DNA of 64,000 nucleotides from an uncultured Chloroflexia bacterium. GTDB taxonomy: Bacteria; Chloroflexota; Anaerolineae; Anaerolineales; DRKV01. A model generated the notes under the pieces. That model searched no databases. It saw only the letters and a list, made by a program, of their open reading frames with translations, and was not told the origin of the DNA. The stretch lies in contig CAWGNX010000002.1 in NCBI GenBank assembly GCA_963824065.1, forward strand, positions 575,366-639,365, in the 5' to 3' direction. The position numbers and the translations under genes were made by a program. Shown here piece after piece: positions 48,726-58,051 of the stretch (the stretch's first letter is position 1; every line of letters starts with the position of its first letter).

Positions 48726-49507
48726 TGGGTCAGTTGGCATGCAGAGCGCCATTTCTGAACCAAGTTTTGTTTAGCACGAATTGAGCGATAAGCGCAAGCT
48801 CCCGAACCACCCAAAACATGCCGCCTGTTTCGACTGCGTTCACGACGGGCGGCTCGTGCGCCGCCCCACGCAAATGGAGTGGGATCATCATTCCACCCAA
48901 AAGCAACCCCTTCCAGCCAGTCAATGATTTGCTCAGGAGCCTGTGGATGTTGCCCTGCCAACCCTCTACGAACCAGAATGCGCTGGATTGACTCGGCCAT
49001 GTTCAACCATGAACCTCCCAAGGGCGTATACAACGGCATCACCCCATGCGCAAATAGCCACAAAACCAGTTCTGGGGTGTAGTGTCCCTGAAGATTATCC
49101 CAGATCAATAACATACGTAAAGGCGGCAATTTTTCTGCCAGCGTAATTCGCTTTGATAACCCTTGTTGCCAGGCTTTCCAGACCTGACGGTTTGTTTCTT
49201 CATCGAGTATGGGTTTCTCTGGTAAGGTTTTCAAGATTTCTTCGACCTGTTCTTTGAGCCAGGGATGTAAGATGGCATTGGTTGATTGGGTAACCCCTTT
49301 GACCCGCACCTTCCCAGTTGCCGGGTGAAATAAGGTCAGCATTTTGGCCGTTCCGTTGCGAATATATTCATGAGATTGATGGATGGGATGGCTCTCTGGC
49401 TGCCAGCTTTCACCTGGATAGGGAACCGTTTGATACGGCCCCGCTTCATCTTCAACCCACACGGTCAACCCCATTTTTTCTCCCTGTCGATAGGCTGTCT
49501 CGATCAA
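48722..49507 (-). CDS. IS630 transposase orfB (DDE catalytic part)
   Basis: 'VWVEDEAG' (D), '[10 protein letters not shown]' (D) and '[12 protein letters not shown]' (E). It is in the -1 frame relative to orfA, with a CCCCCAAAAAG run at 49510-49520. Its stop codon is formed by the CTAG target. Confidence 0.85.
   Translation of the reverse strand: MIETAYRQGEKMGLTVWVEDEAGPYQTVPYPGESWQPESHPIHQSHEYIRNGTAKMLTLFHPATGKVRVKGVTQSTNAILHPWLKEQVEEILKTLPEKPILDEETNRQVWKAWQQGLSKRITLAEKLPPLRMLLIWDNLQGHYTPELVLWLFAHGVMPLYTPLGGSWLNMAESIQRILVRRGLAGQHPQAPEQIIDWLEGVAFGWNDDPTPFAWGGARAARRERSRNRRHVLGGSGACAYRSIRAKQNLVQKWRSACQLTH
48725..48739. repeat. IS630 terminal inverted repeat (end nearest the ATL gene)
   Basis: GTGGGTCAGTTGGCA is the exact reverse complement of 50119-50133. 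Confidence 0.85.
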
Positions 49508-50061
49508 CTCTTTTTGGGGGTGGCATCCGGATCAATGACTGTGACCACACCCCGTTTTCGTTTCCGCACCACCTGTCCCGTTTCACACCAACTGCGTGAT
49601 TTCTGCCATCGAAACCCTGCCTCTTGCAAGATCACCCAGATCCGTTCTGTACTGATCTCCGCTAACCCATCCTCGGCTTTGCGTAGTGCTTTCTGTAAGG
49701 TGGTCAACGACCAGGTGTTTGTGCCATCTTTCTCCGGGTCTGGTTTGCGGCGCACTTCAGTCAACACTCGATCTCGCTCGACGGCACTGTACTTGACTTT
49801 CGGCCCACCACCATGCTCAGGTTGAAGGGACGCGATCCCTTCCCGGTTGAAACGTGCCACCAATTGTGAAACTGCATCCCCTGATTTCCGTCCAGCCCTT
49901 TGCGCTGCTTGGGTGTAACTGTGTCCCGCTGCCACAGCCAGTATTTCTTTTGCTCTTGCTACATGGCCTGCAGGTTCACTGTGTGAACGGCTGATCCGTT
50001 CCAACCAATCCCGTTCTTCTTCTGTCAATGTGCGGAGTGGGTCTTTTTTTCGTCTGGTCAT
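49504..50061 (-). CDS. IS630 transposase orfA (HTH DNA-binding part)
   Basis: ATG at 50061 with GGGAG upstream. '[15 protein letters not shown]', '[44 protein letters not shown]' and '[10 protein letters not shown]' form paired HTH motifs typical of the IS630/Tc1 N-terminus. Confidence 0.85.
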   Translation of the reverse strand: MTRRKKDPLRTLTEEERDWLERISRSHSEPAGHVARAKEILAVAAGHSYTQAAQRAGRKSGDAVSQLVARFNREGIASLQPEHGGGPKVKYSAVERDRVLTEVRRKPDPEKDGTNTWSLTTLQKALRKAEDGLAEISTERIWVILQEAGFRWQKSRSWCETGQVVRKRKRGVVTVIDPDATPKKS

Positions 50062-50118
50062 TGACTTCTCCCTGCCGTTTCTGAGTAGATTTCTTTCCAC
50101 TCAGAATGGCAAGTTCCG

Positions 50119-50133
50119 TGCCAACTGACCCAC
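50119..50133. repeat. IS630 terminal inverted repeat (transposase-start end)
   Basis: TGCCAACTGACCCAC is the exact reverse complement of 48725-48739. Confidence 0.85.
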
Positions 50134-50184
50134 TAGTTAGGAAATGCTAAACGTGCAAACGCCTCGTCCAGGCGTTTGTTTTCG

Positions 50185-51570
50185 TTAACCAGGAGGCAGA
50201 TCCCACTGCCGGGTGATCCCGGGCAAACGCGCCAGCATCAGGGTGATAAAGACAAATAAAGGCCAGATTTCCAACAAGAAGCGGTAAATCGTGCTGTTCA
50301 ACAAGAGTTCTAGATCACGCGGGGATAACACCAGAGCCACAAAAAACAGGATCACTAATACCAGTAGGGTGGATATCAGTGAACGGTTTTCATCGCGTTT
50401 GAGGCTGCCGGGTTCGATTCCTGCCACTACGAGGAAAACCACTAGAAATGCAAAGCCCACCATGGTTTTGGCGTCAAAGCTAACGAATTGGGTGATAAAC
50501 CCGGACAAAATGTGTCCATAGCGGTTGAGGTCGATCAAATTCGCCAAGGTGCCGCCAGCAATCCCAGAAACAAGGGGGTGCGCCGGGGTGAAGAAAAGGT
50601 GAAAAGCCAGGATATAAAAAAGGACTGGCAGCAAACCGGCCAGGAAGGCGGGTCCGGGCTGGAGGACCGCGGCTCGGTTTGGCTGGCGGCGAGAACGCAG
50701 GAAATGGACAACCCCCAGGGCTAGCAGAAACAACCAGCCGTCATTTTTTGTCCAGACTGCGAGGCCGGCACAGGCACCGGCAAGCACAAGCGCCCGCCGG
50801 TCGTGCGTATAGCCAACATCATACAGGTAGATTAGACCATACGTCGCCAGGATATATCCGGCAAATGGAATATCCGCGATTTGGGCAGGCGCCAGGACAA
50901 CCAGTGCGCTGGCAAAAATAAGCACCAGCCCGGCGGTGTATCCCGCCAGCCTGCCCCGCATCACACCGATTAATGAAACCAGCAGCCCAACCAGACAGAC
51001 TGTGAACAGGACGGCGAACATCTGTGGTACCCAGGTCGCATCGCCCCCCAGGAATGTCCACAGGCGTGCGACTGTGCTGCCCAGCAGTAAAGGCGCATCC
51101 GGCTGCTCTAATAAAGATGAAAACATATGGGTCCAAGCATCGCCAGCGCGGTATAAAAACCGGGCTCCAAGGTTCCACGCCAGCCAGGAATCTTGAAACC
51201 CATGCGGAAAAATGGCTGCTCCCATCATGAAGGCGGCGATCAGGCCAGCCAGACAAATAAAGAAAGACGTGGGCAAAATTATTCGCCAGACGCGGTTATA
51301 GCCCTGCATGGAAATCTGGCGGCGTTTGAAGCGCGGCGTGATCCCAGAGCGAACATAAATAGCAGCTAAAACTAGGACAATCGCCAGCTCGAAAAGCAGG
51401 TAGGTCCAGCCGGGCGGTCCCAATAAGACTCGCCACGCGAAATATACCAGGGAACTGAAACCAATTCCCAGGAAGGGCACCAGGGATAAGCGCACCCAAC
51501 GCAGTGACCTTCGGAAGGCGGGCCGGGTTGGCTCATCTGCATGTTGGGCCAGGGACACATTGATAGGCAC
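50185..51570 (-). CDS. polytopic membrane protein (possible GT-C / PMT-ArnT-like glycosyltransferase)
   Basis: 461 aa with 11 or more hydrophobic segments. 'GLAVWTKNDGWLFLLALGVV' resembles the conserved loop/TM of GT-C family 39/83 enzymes. The call is tentative. Confidence 0.55.
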   Translation of the reverse strand: MPINVSLAQHADEPTRPAFRRSLRWVRLSLVPFLGIGFSSLVYFAWRVLLGPPGWTYLLFELAIVLVLAAIYVRSGITPRFKRRQISMQGYNRVWRIILPTSFFICLAGLIAAFMMGAAIFPHGFQDSWLAWNLGARFLYRAGDAWTHMFSSLLEQPDAPLLLGSTVARLWTFLGGDATWVPQMFAVLFTVCLVGLLVSLIGVMRGRLAGYTAGLVLIFASALVVLAPAQIADIPFAGYILATYGLIYLYDVGYTHDRRALVLAGACAGLAVWTKNDGWLFLLALGVVHFLRSRRQPNRAAVLQPGPAFLAGLLPVLFYILAFHLFFTPAHPLVSGIAGGTLANLIDLNRYGHILSGFITQFVSFDAKTMVGFAFLVVFLVVAGIEPGSLKRDENRSLISTLLVLVILFFVALVLSPRDLELLLNSTIYRFLLEIWPLFVFITLMLARLPGITRQWDLPPG

Positions 51571-51658
51571 AAAATCCGGATCGCGGCAAGAAAAGGACAG
51601 CCAGGAAATACCCGGTAAGCAAAATGATCAAAAAACTAGCAATCGTCAGCATCTGGTT

Positions 51659-52279
51659 TCAGGGAGTGGAATTATTCTGCAGCAGATAGATTCCGGGGCT
51701 GCATGACATCAGGGGCGGGAACTCGCTTGGATCCAGGGGAAAGGGCTGGTTCGGGTTGCTGAAGATTCCAATGATGTAGCGATGATTATTCGAATCATCG
51801 ACCAATATTGGTGCAAGGACGTACTGTGTGATCCGATAGCGTTCGCGGTGAGCAGCTCCCTCAATATCTGTGACAAAGCCGACGACCTCCTCGGCTGGCA
51901 AGGCGTCTGCGATACACCGCAACAGGCGTTCATTGCGGGTCACGAAGTCAGATGGCAGGGGAGTGTCCTCACGAAAAAAAGCGACAAACAACTCTGGCTG
52001 GAAGTAAAGAATGCCTTGAACCAGGCTGAACAGGGCCGTTGCAACCACAAGCCCAAGCGCCAGGTGAGTTCGCCATGTGGGTTTACGTCCGTTGGCAGGC
52101 CTTCCGGAAATTGGAACGGGAGGTGGGTTTCCCGCAGGCGGGACGGATTGTGGCTCCGGAGACTGGGGCGCGTCAAGAGAAGGTTGCTCTACCATAAGGT
52201 TATTTTTCAAGGGCGAATAAACTTTGCTGGCTGGAAATTGGCCCACAGCAACCCGGCTGGCGTGGGACGGGTTACCCAA
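51659..52279 (-). CDS. hypothetical single-TM protein
   Basis: 206 aa. Pro-rich N-terminus, TM 'HLALGLVVATALFSLVQGILYF', then an unrecognised domain of about 120 aa. The start is uncertain. Confidence 0.5.
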   Translation of the reverse strand: MGNPSHASRVAVGQFPASKVYSPLKNNLMVEQPSLDAPQSPEPQSVPPAGNPPPVPISGRPANGRKPTWRTHLALGLVVATALFSLVQGILYFQPELFVAFFREDTPLPSDFVTRNERLLRCIADALPAEEVVGFVTDIEGAAHRERYRITQYVLAPILVDDSNNHRYIIGIFSNPNQPFPLDPSEFPPLMSCSPGIYLLQNNSTP

Positions 52280-52323
52280 TCGGGCTGTGACGCGCCCGCA
52301 TGGAAAGGCACTGCAGCCTGCTG

Positions 52324-52755
52324 TTAGAGGTTAATTTGCATGCACACCGCGCTGTCAGGGCAGAGCTTGGTAAATGCTTCGGTGGTCTGGATCTTGCTTG
52401 GCACCTGGCTGCGGTCAATCCGCCAGTAACCGAGTTGAGAAAAAAATCGCTCGGCGGATGTCGTCAGGAGGTAGAGCGCTGCAACCCCGTGCTGGCGTGC
52501 CTGTTCTTCCAGGCGGTGCACCAGATGGCTTCCGAGGCCACGCTCTCGGTACCCAGGTTCGACGACCACAGATCGCAGCATGGCATCTCGCCCAAATATT
52601 TCGAGACCCCCAGCTCCAGCCAGGCTGCCATTGTCCCTGGCAACGAGGAAGTGCTGTAAATGATCCGGCGTCAGGTCGATTGTCGGCAGGGCTGCCGTAC
52701 TTAGCAAGTTTTTTATCGGTTCAAATTCTGTCAGGGAAGGTTGGATGATTTCCAT
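52324..52755 (-). CDS. GNAT family N-acetyltransferase (ArsN2-like size and architecture)
   Basis: 143 aa. The acetyl-CoA motif 'LRSVVVEPGYRERGLGSHLVHRLEEQARQHG' and 'LYLLTTSAERFFSQLGY'. Confidence 0.85.
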   Translation of the reverse strand: MEIIQPSLTEFEPIKNLLSTAALPTIDLTPDHLQHFLVARDNGSLAGAGGLEIFGRDAMLRSVVVEPGYRERGLGSHLVHRLEEQARQHGVAALYLLTTSAERFFSQLGYWRIDRSQVPSKIQTTEAFTKLCPDSAVCMQINL

Positions 52756-53055
52756 ACATCTCGTTCGAATGTGGAATTGTCCAGGAGTTTAACACGATTC
52801 GGCTTCTATTGCATGACAAGTTCGGTGAGCCAGAAGGTTTGTATCTCGATCACACTCTGTTTGAGCGCATTCAACTGCTCCGTTTGCCCCACTTGTTATG
52901 CCTTGACCACCTTAGGGTTGGCAGCACGGTGGGCATCTGGCATACCCGTAAAACCGGGAAATTTGTCGTTTGAATGGCTACAATTGTCATTTCCGCTCTG
53001 CGCGCCTTGCCGGTATACTGGATACAATGATATAGAAGCGCAGCAGGAGCCAGCA

Positions 53056-54099
53056 ATGACCCAAACAACTGTGATTGGTAGTTTCCCACATACCGAACCA
53101 GGGCCGTTATGCGCCCGGCTGGTGGACAGTCTCAGTATCCCGGCCTGGCCGCAGCTACCCAGGCGCTCTTTTAAGGAAAACATGTACGTCCAGTACAGTG
53201 CCCGCCTGCCGGGTTTGCAGGTTGACGAAGTCCAGGAAAAAGTTTATTTCGATACGACCGGCGACATGGCTAGTCGGTTGGAAGAATTTTATGAATATGT
53301 ACTGGCAGATGACCTGGCTGCTTTTGCACTGCCTGAGGATTTTGCCGCCGGGTATTATGCCATGCTGGCCCTCCTGTCCGGGCAGCGGCTGCCATGGATT
53401 AAAGGACATATCACAGGCCCGTTTAGCCTGGGATTAACGGTGACCGATCAAAATCTGCGCGCCAGTCTGTATGACCCCAACCTGGCCGATTCAATCGTCA
53501 AAACTATCGCTCTGGGGGCGCGCTGGCAGGTGGGTTCGCTCAAAACTGTGGCTGATAACGTTCTCATTTTTGTGGATGAGCCGTACATGGCTTCGTTCGG
53601 GTCAGCGTATGTCAGCCTCAGCCGGGCAGATGTAACCGGTATGTTGGATGAGGTTTTTGCTGCAATCCACCAGGCGGGTGGTTTGGCTGGTGTGCATTGC
53701 TGCGGCAATACCGATTGGCCTGTCCTGCTTGACACCACTGTGGACGTGCTCAATCTGGATGCAATCGATTACTTAGACAGCCTGGCATTGTTCCCGGCGG
53801 AGCTGGCGCGCTTCCTGAATCGGGGAGGTTGGGTTGCCTGGGGTATCGTTCCCAACCATGCCGGCATCGAACTTAAAACTCCATCACAGATCCGCGCCCA
53901 GTTAAATTCCGGCTTGCAGCGGACAGCCGCCCGCGCTGAAGCCCAGGGTATCGATCTGCCGTTGGGCCTGTTGGTCGAACGCAGTCTGGTAACCCCTGCC
54001 TGCGGATTGGGTTCTGCAGAAATTGACACTGCGAATAAAGTTCTCGATATGCTCGCCGAACTGGGAACGGGCGCATCTATCCCATTGAAAACCACCTGA
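53056..54099 (+). CDS. MetE-C-terminal-like / cobalamin-independent methionine-synthase-family (URO-D-like TIM barrel) protein
   Basis: ATG at 53056 with AGGAG 6 nt upstream, giving 347 aa. 'TVIGSFPHT', 'IFVDEPYMASFGS', 'GVHCCGNTDW' and 'LVTPACGLGS' are Zn-ligand-like His/Cys positions. The 105 upstream codons in the ORF track look non-coding. Confidence 0.72.
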   Translation: MTQTTVIGSFPHTEPGPLCARLVDSLSIPAWPQLPRRSFKENMYVQYSARLPGLQVDEVQEKVYFDTTGDMASRLEEFYEYVLADDLAAFALPEDFAAGYYAMLALLSGQRLPWIKGHITGPFSLGLTVTDQNLRASLYDPNLADSIVKTIALGARWQVGSLKTVADNVLIFVDEPYMASFGSAYVSLSRADVTGMLDEVFAAIHQAGGLAGVHCCGNTDWPVLLDTTVDVLNLDAIDYLDSLALFPAELARFLNRGGWVAWGIVPNHAGIELKTPSQIRAQLNSGLQRTAARAEAQGIDLPLGLLVERSLVTPACGLGSAEIDTANKVLDMLAELGTGASIPLKTT

Positions 54100-54446
54100 T
54101 ACGCCAAGGTCAGGCATTCCAGGAATTGACGAAGAACAGAATATCGGTACCTGGAAAATTATCTCCCAGAACGGATTTCGTTTCCAGGTGCCGGATTCTG
54201 GGTGCTGCTGCGGGCCATGGCATGGCGTTTTTTAGCCGAAAACTTCGCATAGACCTTGCCCTATGAGCGCAAGTGAAAAAACCTAACGCCCACAGGAATG
54301 CACATTCGGGGCAGGTTGGTATACTTGGTAGTCTCCGGCGCCGTTGTATTGAGTCAAGAGCAATCATAAGCGAATCCGTGTTTTGGGAACCGAATCATGG
54401 CGGCTGGCGTCAATTCAAAGTTGGCAAGTTCACCCAGTACTCGTAA

Positions 54447-55667
54447 TTGGCTCCTCTGAATAAGCTCGCAGAAATGAATGGTCTACTGCTTGCGGAGGAG
54501 ATGGGCGACAAATCAGGAGGCAACGTGTTTCGAAGAATCGTACAAACTCAGTTTGTTCTGGTGATTTTGGTTTTAGCAGCCTGCAGTCTGGCGGAATTAC
54601 CCACACCGGATGGAATGGCAGCCAGCACGCCCGGAGCAACGCCCACCTCCCCTGCATTGACCCCTGTGAACACCACAGGTGGGGATACAGGGGAGGCTGC
54701 ACCCACTCCGGAACCCACGTCTGGATTACCAGCCCATCCGCTGGCCGGGCTTGTGTACAGGAATGGTGAAGGGTTATGGCTGGTAGAGCGAGATGGCACA
54801 CCAGTCTGGTTGGTGGACTCAATGTACGCTGCCGTATCCCCGGATGGTCGTTGGGTCGCTTATGGGTACGGCGATCCAGAAGATATTTACCTGCTCGACC
54901 GGCAAACCGGGGAATCTCGCAACCTGACCAACACTCCTGACCGGATCGAACGTTGGCCAAAATTTTGGGCTGCCCGCCCAGATCTGCTGGCATTCGGTTC
55001 ATCAAGTCTGGAAGATGTTGGGATAGCAGACCATCCTACCCTGTTGAATTTGGATGGCAGCAATTATCAGGTTTTAGATGAGGTCGGGGGAGGTGAATTT
55101 TCACTTTCCCCAGATGGAGACAGCATTGCTTTTGGGTGCTGCGGACCAACCGCTACTATTTACAGCCTGACGAATGGCCCACGGGTTTTCGATCCAGGTG
55201 AATTTGGCCAGCCGTTGAATGCGATGTTCCTGCCGGCATTCGCGCCAGATAACCAACGCCTGGCATGGGCGGTGAATCAGAGCAGTGTATTGGGGGTTGC
55301 CGTGTTCGACCTGCCCCAAACACAATCCGAGCTGCTTCATCCCTACCAGCCATCGGGCGGCAGCGAGTTTTACGGCGTGCTGGCGTGGAGTCCGGATAGC
55401 GAGTGGCTGGCGTACGTTAACACCAACGATCTGCCCGAGATGGGCCGGCGCCCTACACTGTGGGCGCTGCAGCCTGCCAGCGGGGAAGAAATCTTCCTGG
55501 GCGAGGGGTACAACCCGGCCTGGAAACCAGACGGGACGCGCCTGGCTTATACAACCCAAGGCTCCGATGGAACGGATTGGTCGATCTGGCTGGTTGATCC
55601 AACGACATGGGCCAATCCGGAAGCCGCACCGTTCAAAGGCGAGGTTTACGGCTGGGTCAGCCCGTAA
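54447..55667 (+). CDS. secreted beta-propeller protein (TolB/PD40-like repeats), probable lipoprotein
   Basis: 'FVLVILVLAACSL' lipobox, a Thr/Pro linker, and repeated 'SPDGRWVAY', 'SPDGDSIAF', 'APDNQRLAW', 'SPDSEWLAY', 'KPDGTRLAY' blades. The true start is probably downstream of 54447. Confidence 0.75.
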   Translation: MAPLNKLAEMNGLLLAEEMGDKSGGNVFRRIVQTQFVLVILVLAACSLAELPTPDGMAASTPGATPTSPALTPVNTTGGDTGEAAPTPEPTSGLPAHPLAGLVYRNGEGLWLVERDGTPVWLVDSMYAAVSPDGRWVAYGYGDPEDIYLLDRQTGESRNLTNTPDRIERWPKFWAARPDLLAFGSSSLEDVGIADHPTLLNLDGSNYQVLDEVGGGEFSLSPDGDSIAFGCCGPTATIYSLTNGPRVFDPGEFGQPLNAMFLPAFAPDNQRLAWAVNQSSVLGVAVFDLPQTQSELLHPYQPSGGSEFYGVLAWSPDSEWLAYVNTNDLPEMGRRPTLWALQPASGEEIFLGEGYNPAWKPDGTRLAYTTQGSDGTDWSIWLVDPTTWANPEAAPFKGEVYGWVSP

Positions 55668-55855
55668 TCTTCCTCACCCGGGCTGTCAGGCGTCCATTCT
55701 GGCGGGATGCCTAACCATGCGAATGAGCTATCCGGCCAGGATAGCTCATTCGCCTTTTATGGCTGCTCTACTAAAGGGTTATTGCTGTCTGGATGGTTGT
55801 TTGCTACATTAGTTTGTGTGAGATTGGAAAATCAGCTTATCGGTGAGGTACCTGA

Positions 55856-56344
55856 ATGAACTGCCCAAACTGCGGCGCTCCGATGGTTTATAACCAACTG
55901 CGTGCATCGCATGAGTGCGCGTACTGCCAGACGGTCTATGTGCCTGTGCCCGATGACCAGGGGCTGCGGATTTCTGACGAACCGGCTGGGCATTCATGCC
56001 CAGTTTGCAAACTTCCCCTGCTTTGGGCAGACATACAAGGCTTTCCCACAGAAGTTTGCCCGAACTGCTATGGTATGCTTTATGCGCAGGACCAGTTTGG
56101 TAAGACTGTGAAAATACTGCGGGCCTGGGCGCGCACACCGGCAGTTGAGCCAGGACCACCGCCGTTCGATGAACTTCGCCGGGCCGTAAACTGCCCATCC
56201 TGCCGGAAACCTATGTCCACCCACTTGTATGGGGGTCCCGGCAATATCGTGATTGATACCTGTGTGCACTGCGGTCTGGTCTGGTTAGATCACCGTGAAC
56301 TGAAGCGAGTTTTGGATGCTCCTGGGCGTGACCGGCGCGCCTGA
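55856..56344 (+). CDS. triple zinc-ribbon protein (zf-TFIIB-like)
   Basis: 162 aa. 'MNCPNCGAPM...CAYCQTVY', 'HSCPVCKLPL...VCPNCYGMLY' and 'VNCPSCRKPM...TCVHCGLVWLDHRELKRV'. Confidence 0.7.
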   Translation: MNCPNCGAPMVYNQLRASHECAYCQTVYVPVPDDQGLRISDEPAGHSCPVCKLPLLWADIQGFPTEVCPNCYGMLYAQDQFGKTVKILRAWARTPAVEPGPPPFDELRRAVNCPSCRKPMSTHLYGGPGNIVIDTCVHCGLVWLDHRELKRVLDAPGRDRRA

Positions 56345-56376
56345 GAACCCTCCACGAACCATGAGCCGCATACTTG

Positions 56377-57192
56377 ATGAAACAGCCATCAATCTTTCTC
56401 CTCGGCGTGCTAATTCTGTTAGGTTTCATGCTGACCAGCTGCCAGACGCCTCGCACGGCTCCCACAGAAAGCGCGGCGGTAGGCCTGCCTGGCTCATCTG
56501 CTTCTGCTCCAACTCGGGTTGTACAGGCCAGCAGTACGAGTACAATCACAGCAACCTCCACCAGTACAGCAACCTCCACCAGCACGGCGACCCGCACGCC
56601 CACCAGCACGGCAACTCCCTCCCCGACAATCACGCTTACCCCCACCATCAGTGCGACCGCGACCTTTGATTTTCCAGAATTTACAGCCGCAGAGCAGGCC
56701 AACTGCCGTTATGGCCCGGGTACAGCCTATCTGTATGCTGCCGGACTGTTTCCCGGAGATCATGCCGAGGTGCGTGGGCGTAATTATTCGGGTACCTGGT
56801 TGTATCTAAAACCGGACAAGATCGATTATTTCTGCTGGGCGGCGGCATCCGTGGGAGAGGTGCAAGGGGATGTTTTTACCGTCCTTGTTTGGCAGCCCAG
56901 TCTGCCAAGAACAACGTTCGTCGGCCCGGTAGAATTGGTCCAGGCCAGCCGGGAGGGCAACCAGGTAACAGTGTCCTGGGAACCGGTGCGTGTCAACCCG
57001 CCGGAAGATGGGCGCGGCTACCTGATCGAAGCCTACCTATGCCAGAACGGCGGGCTGGTATTCGAAGCTGTTCATACGGATGGCAGCTCCTACACGTTTT
57101 TCGATGACCCGGCGTGCGGCAACTCCAGCGGTTTGCTGTATGCCGTAGAAAAACACGGCTATACTGCCCCGGTACAGATCCCCTGGCCATAG
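56377..57192 (+). CDS. lipoprotein with Ser/Thr-rich linker and beta-rich C-terminal domains
   Basis: 'MKQPSIFLLGVLILLGFMLTSC' lipobox, a (STAT)n linker, an SH3b-like 'NCRYGPGTAYLYAAGLFPGDHAEVRGRN', then an FN3-like segment. Confidence 0.7.
   Translation: MKQPSIFLLGVLILLGFMLTSCQTPRTAPTESAAVGLPGSSASAPTRVVQASSTSTITATSTSTATSTSTATRTPTSTATPSPTITLTPTISATATFDFPEFTAAEQANCRYGPGTAYLYAAGLFPGDHAEVRGRNYSGTWLYLKPDKIDYFCWAAASVGEVQGDVFTVLVWQPSLPRTTFVGPVELVQASREGNQVTVSWEPVRVNPPEDGRGYLIEAYLCQNGGLVFEAVHTDGSSYTFFDDPACGNSSGLLYAVEKHGYTAPVQIPWP
56497..56674 (+). repeat. coding low-complexity Ser/Thr/Ala repeat
   Basis: SSTSTITATSTSTATSTSTATRTPTSTATPSPTITLTPTISATAT; lies inside CDS 56377-57192. Confidence 0.8.
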
Positions 57193-57487
57193 GCATTAGC
57201 GACCCAAAGGAGCAACCATAATATTGATCGGCTGACTTGCTGGCAGGAAGTACCCGCTCAGGCATCGCTCGAGCTCTGTCGATGCCGGGCGGCTATGGTG
57301 CCTGGGAATGTCTTCGTTGTATAAAGGGCCCCGGATGGTTATAAAAGTAGGTTTGCGCATCCTGGCATTCCAGGAATCCTGGCAGGTTTCAACCGGAAAC
57401 GGGTAAAATAGGGTGAGTTATCAGCGAACGGATTCAAACTGCACAATATTACGCATAGCCATTGTTTCTTGAGTGAGGAAGGCGAAA

Positions 57488-57997
57488 ATGTCAATTCACC
57501 CTCTGGTCAATCAGCTTCATTTTGCCCGGCGTGAACTGCAGCGCTGCCTGGTAGGTGTCTCGGATGATGATGCCCGCCAGCGCCTCGGCCCAATGAACTG
57601 TATCGCCTGGATGGTAGGCCACCTTGCCGATCAGGAAAATCGTTATTGGATCCAGTCCGCACAGGGCGAGCTGCTATACCCGGAATTGCATGAACTGGTT
57701 GGCTCAGGGATGCCTGCCAGTACGCCCGATTTGAGCGAAATGTGGAGCGTATGGCAGGAAGTTACCCGCCGGGCAGACCGATACCTGGAAACTTTGGACT
57801 CTGCCAGACTTGAGGATCATTTCAACGATCAAGGCCGGCCGATGGCGAACTCCATTGGAACAATGCTGCTGCGCAACCTGTACCATTATTGGTTCCATAT
57901 CGGGGAAGCGCATGCTGTCCGCCAGATGTTGGGCCATCCGGATTTACCGCAGTTTGTCGGGAGTATGGCGGAGTATCCCTACCAGCGTGAACCGTGA
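57488..57997 (+). CDS. DinB-family (four-helix-bundle metalloprotein) protein
   Basis: ATG at 57488 after GAGGAAGG. 'IAWMVGHLADQENRYW' and 'LYHYWFHIGEAHAVRQMLGH' supply the His-triad pattern. Confidence 0.83.
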   Translation: MSIHPLVNQLHFARRELQRCLVGVSDDDARQRLGPMNCIAWMVGHLADQENRYWIQSAQGELLYPELHELVGSGMPASTPDLSEMWSVWQEVTRRADRYLETLDSARLEDHFNDQGRPMANSIGTMLLRNLYHYWFHIGEAHAVRQMLGHPDLPQFVGSMAEYPYQREP

Positions 57998-58051
57998 ATT
58001 ATATCGGTGTAATTCAAGTTCAACCATTTTGAAAAACTGTTGGAGGCAATA

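Larger units (their letters stand above)
48725..50133 (-). mobile_element. IS630-family insertion sequence (about 1.41 kb) flanked by a duplicated TA within a CTAG target
   Basis: Perfect 15-bp terminal inverted repeats, GTGGGTCAGTTGGCA (48725-48739) and TGCCAACTGACCCAC (50119-50133). TA at 48723-24 and at 50134-35, each embedded in CTAG. Two overlapping transposase ORFs lie inside. Confidence 0.85.

Noticed and set aside
50405-50425. GGGTTCGATTCC, a tRNA T-arm-like string.
   Set aside because: The flanking bases cannot form the T-stem or an acceptor stem, there is no upstream D or anticodon arm, and the string lies antisense inside the 50185-51570 membrane-protein CDS.
52741-53055. The N-terminal 105 codons the ORF track adds to the MetE-like protein.
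   Set aside because: This segment is Cys/Ser/Leu-rich nonsense lying in the divergent promoter region shared with the GNAT gene. A strong AGGAG-ATG at 53056 begins the conserved 'TVIGSFPHT' domain.
54214-54233. GCCAT-GGC-ATGGC followed by T6 downstream of the MetE-like gene, considered as a terminator.
   Set aside because: The stem is only 5 bp with a 3-nt loop, which is too weak to call with confidence.
54430-55005. 191-aa minus-strand ORF and several others antisense to the beta-propeller gene (55101-55559, 55285-55812).
   Set aside because: They are nested in or overlap a gene with clear repeated PD40-type blades. Their composition is Arg/Pro/Gly-rich, as is typical of out-of-frame GC-rich sequence.
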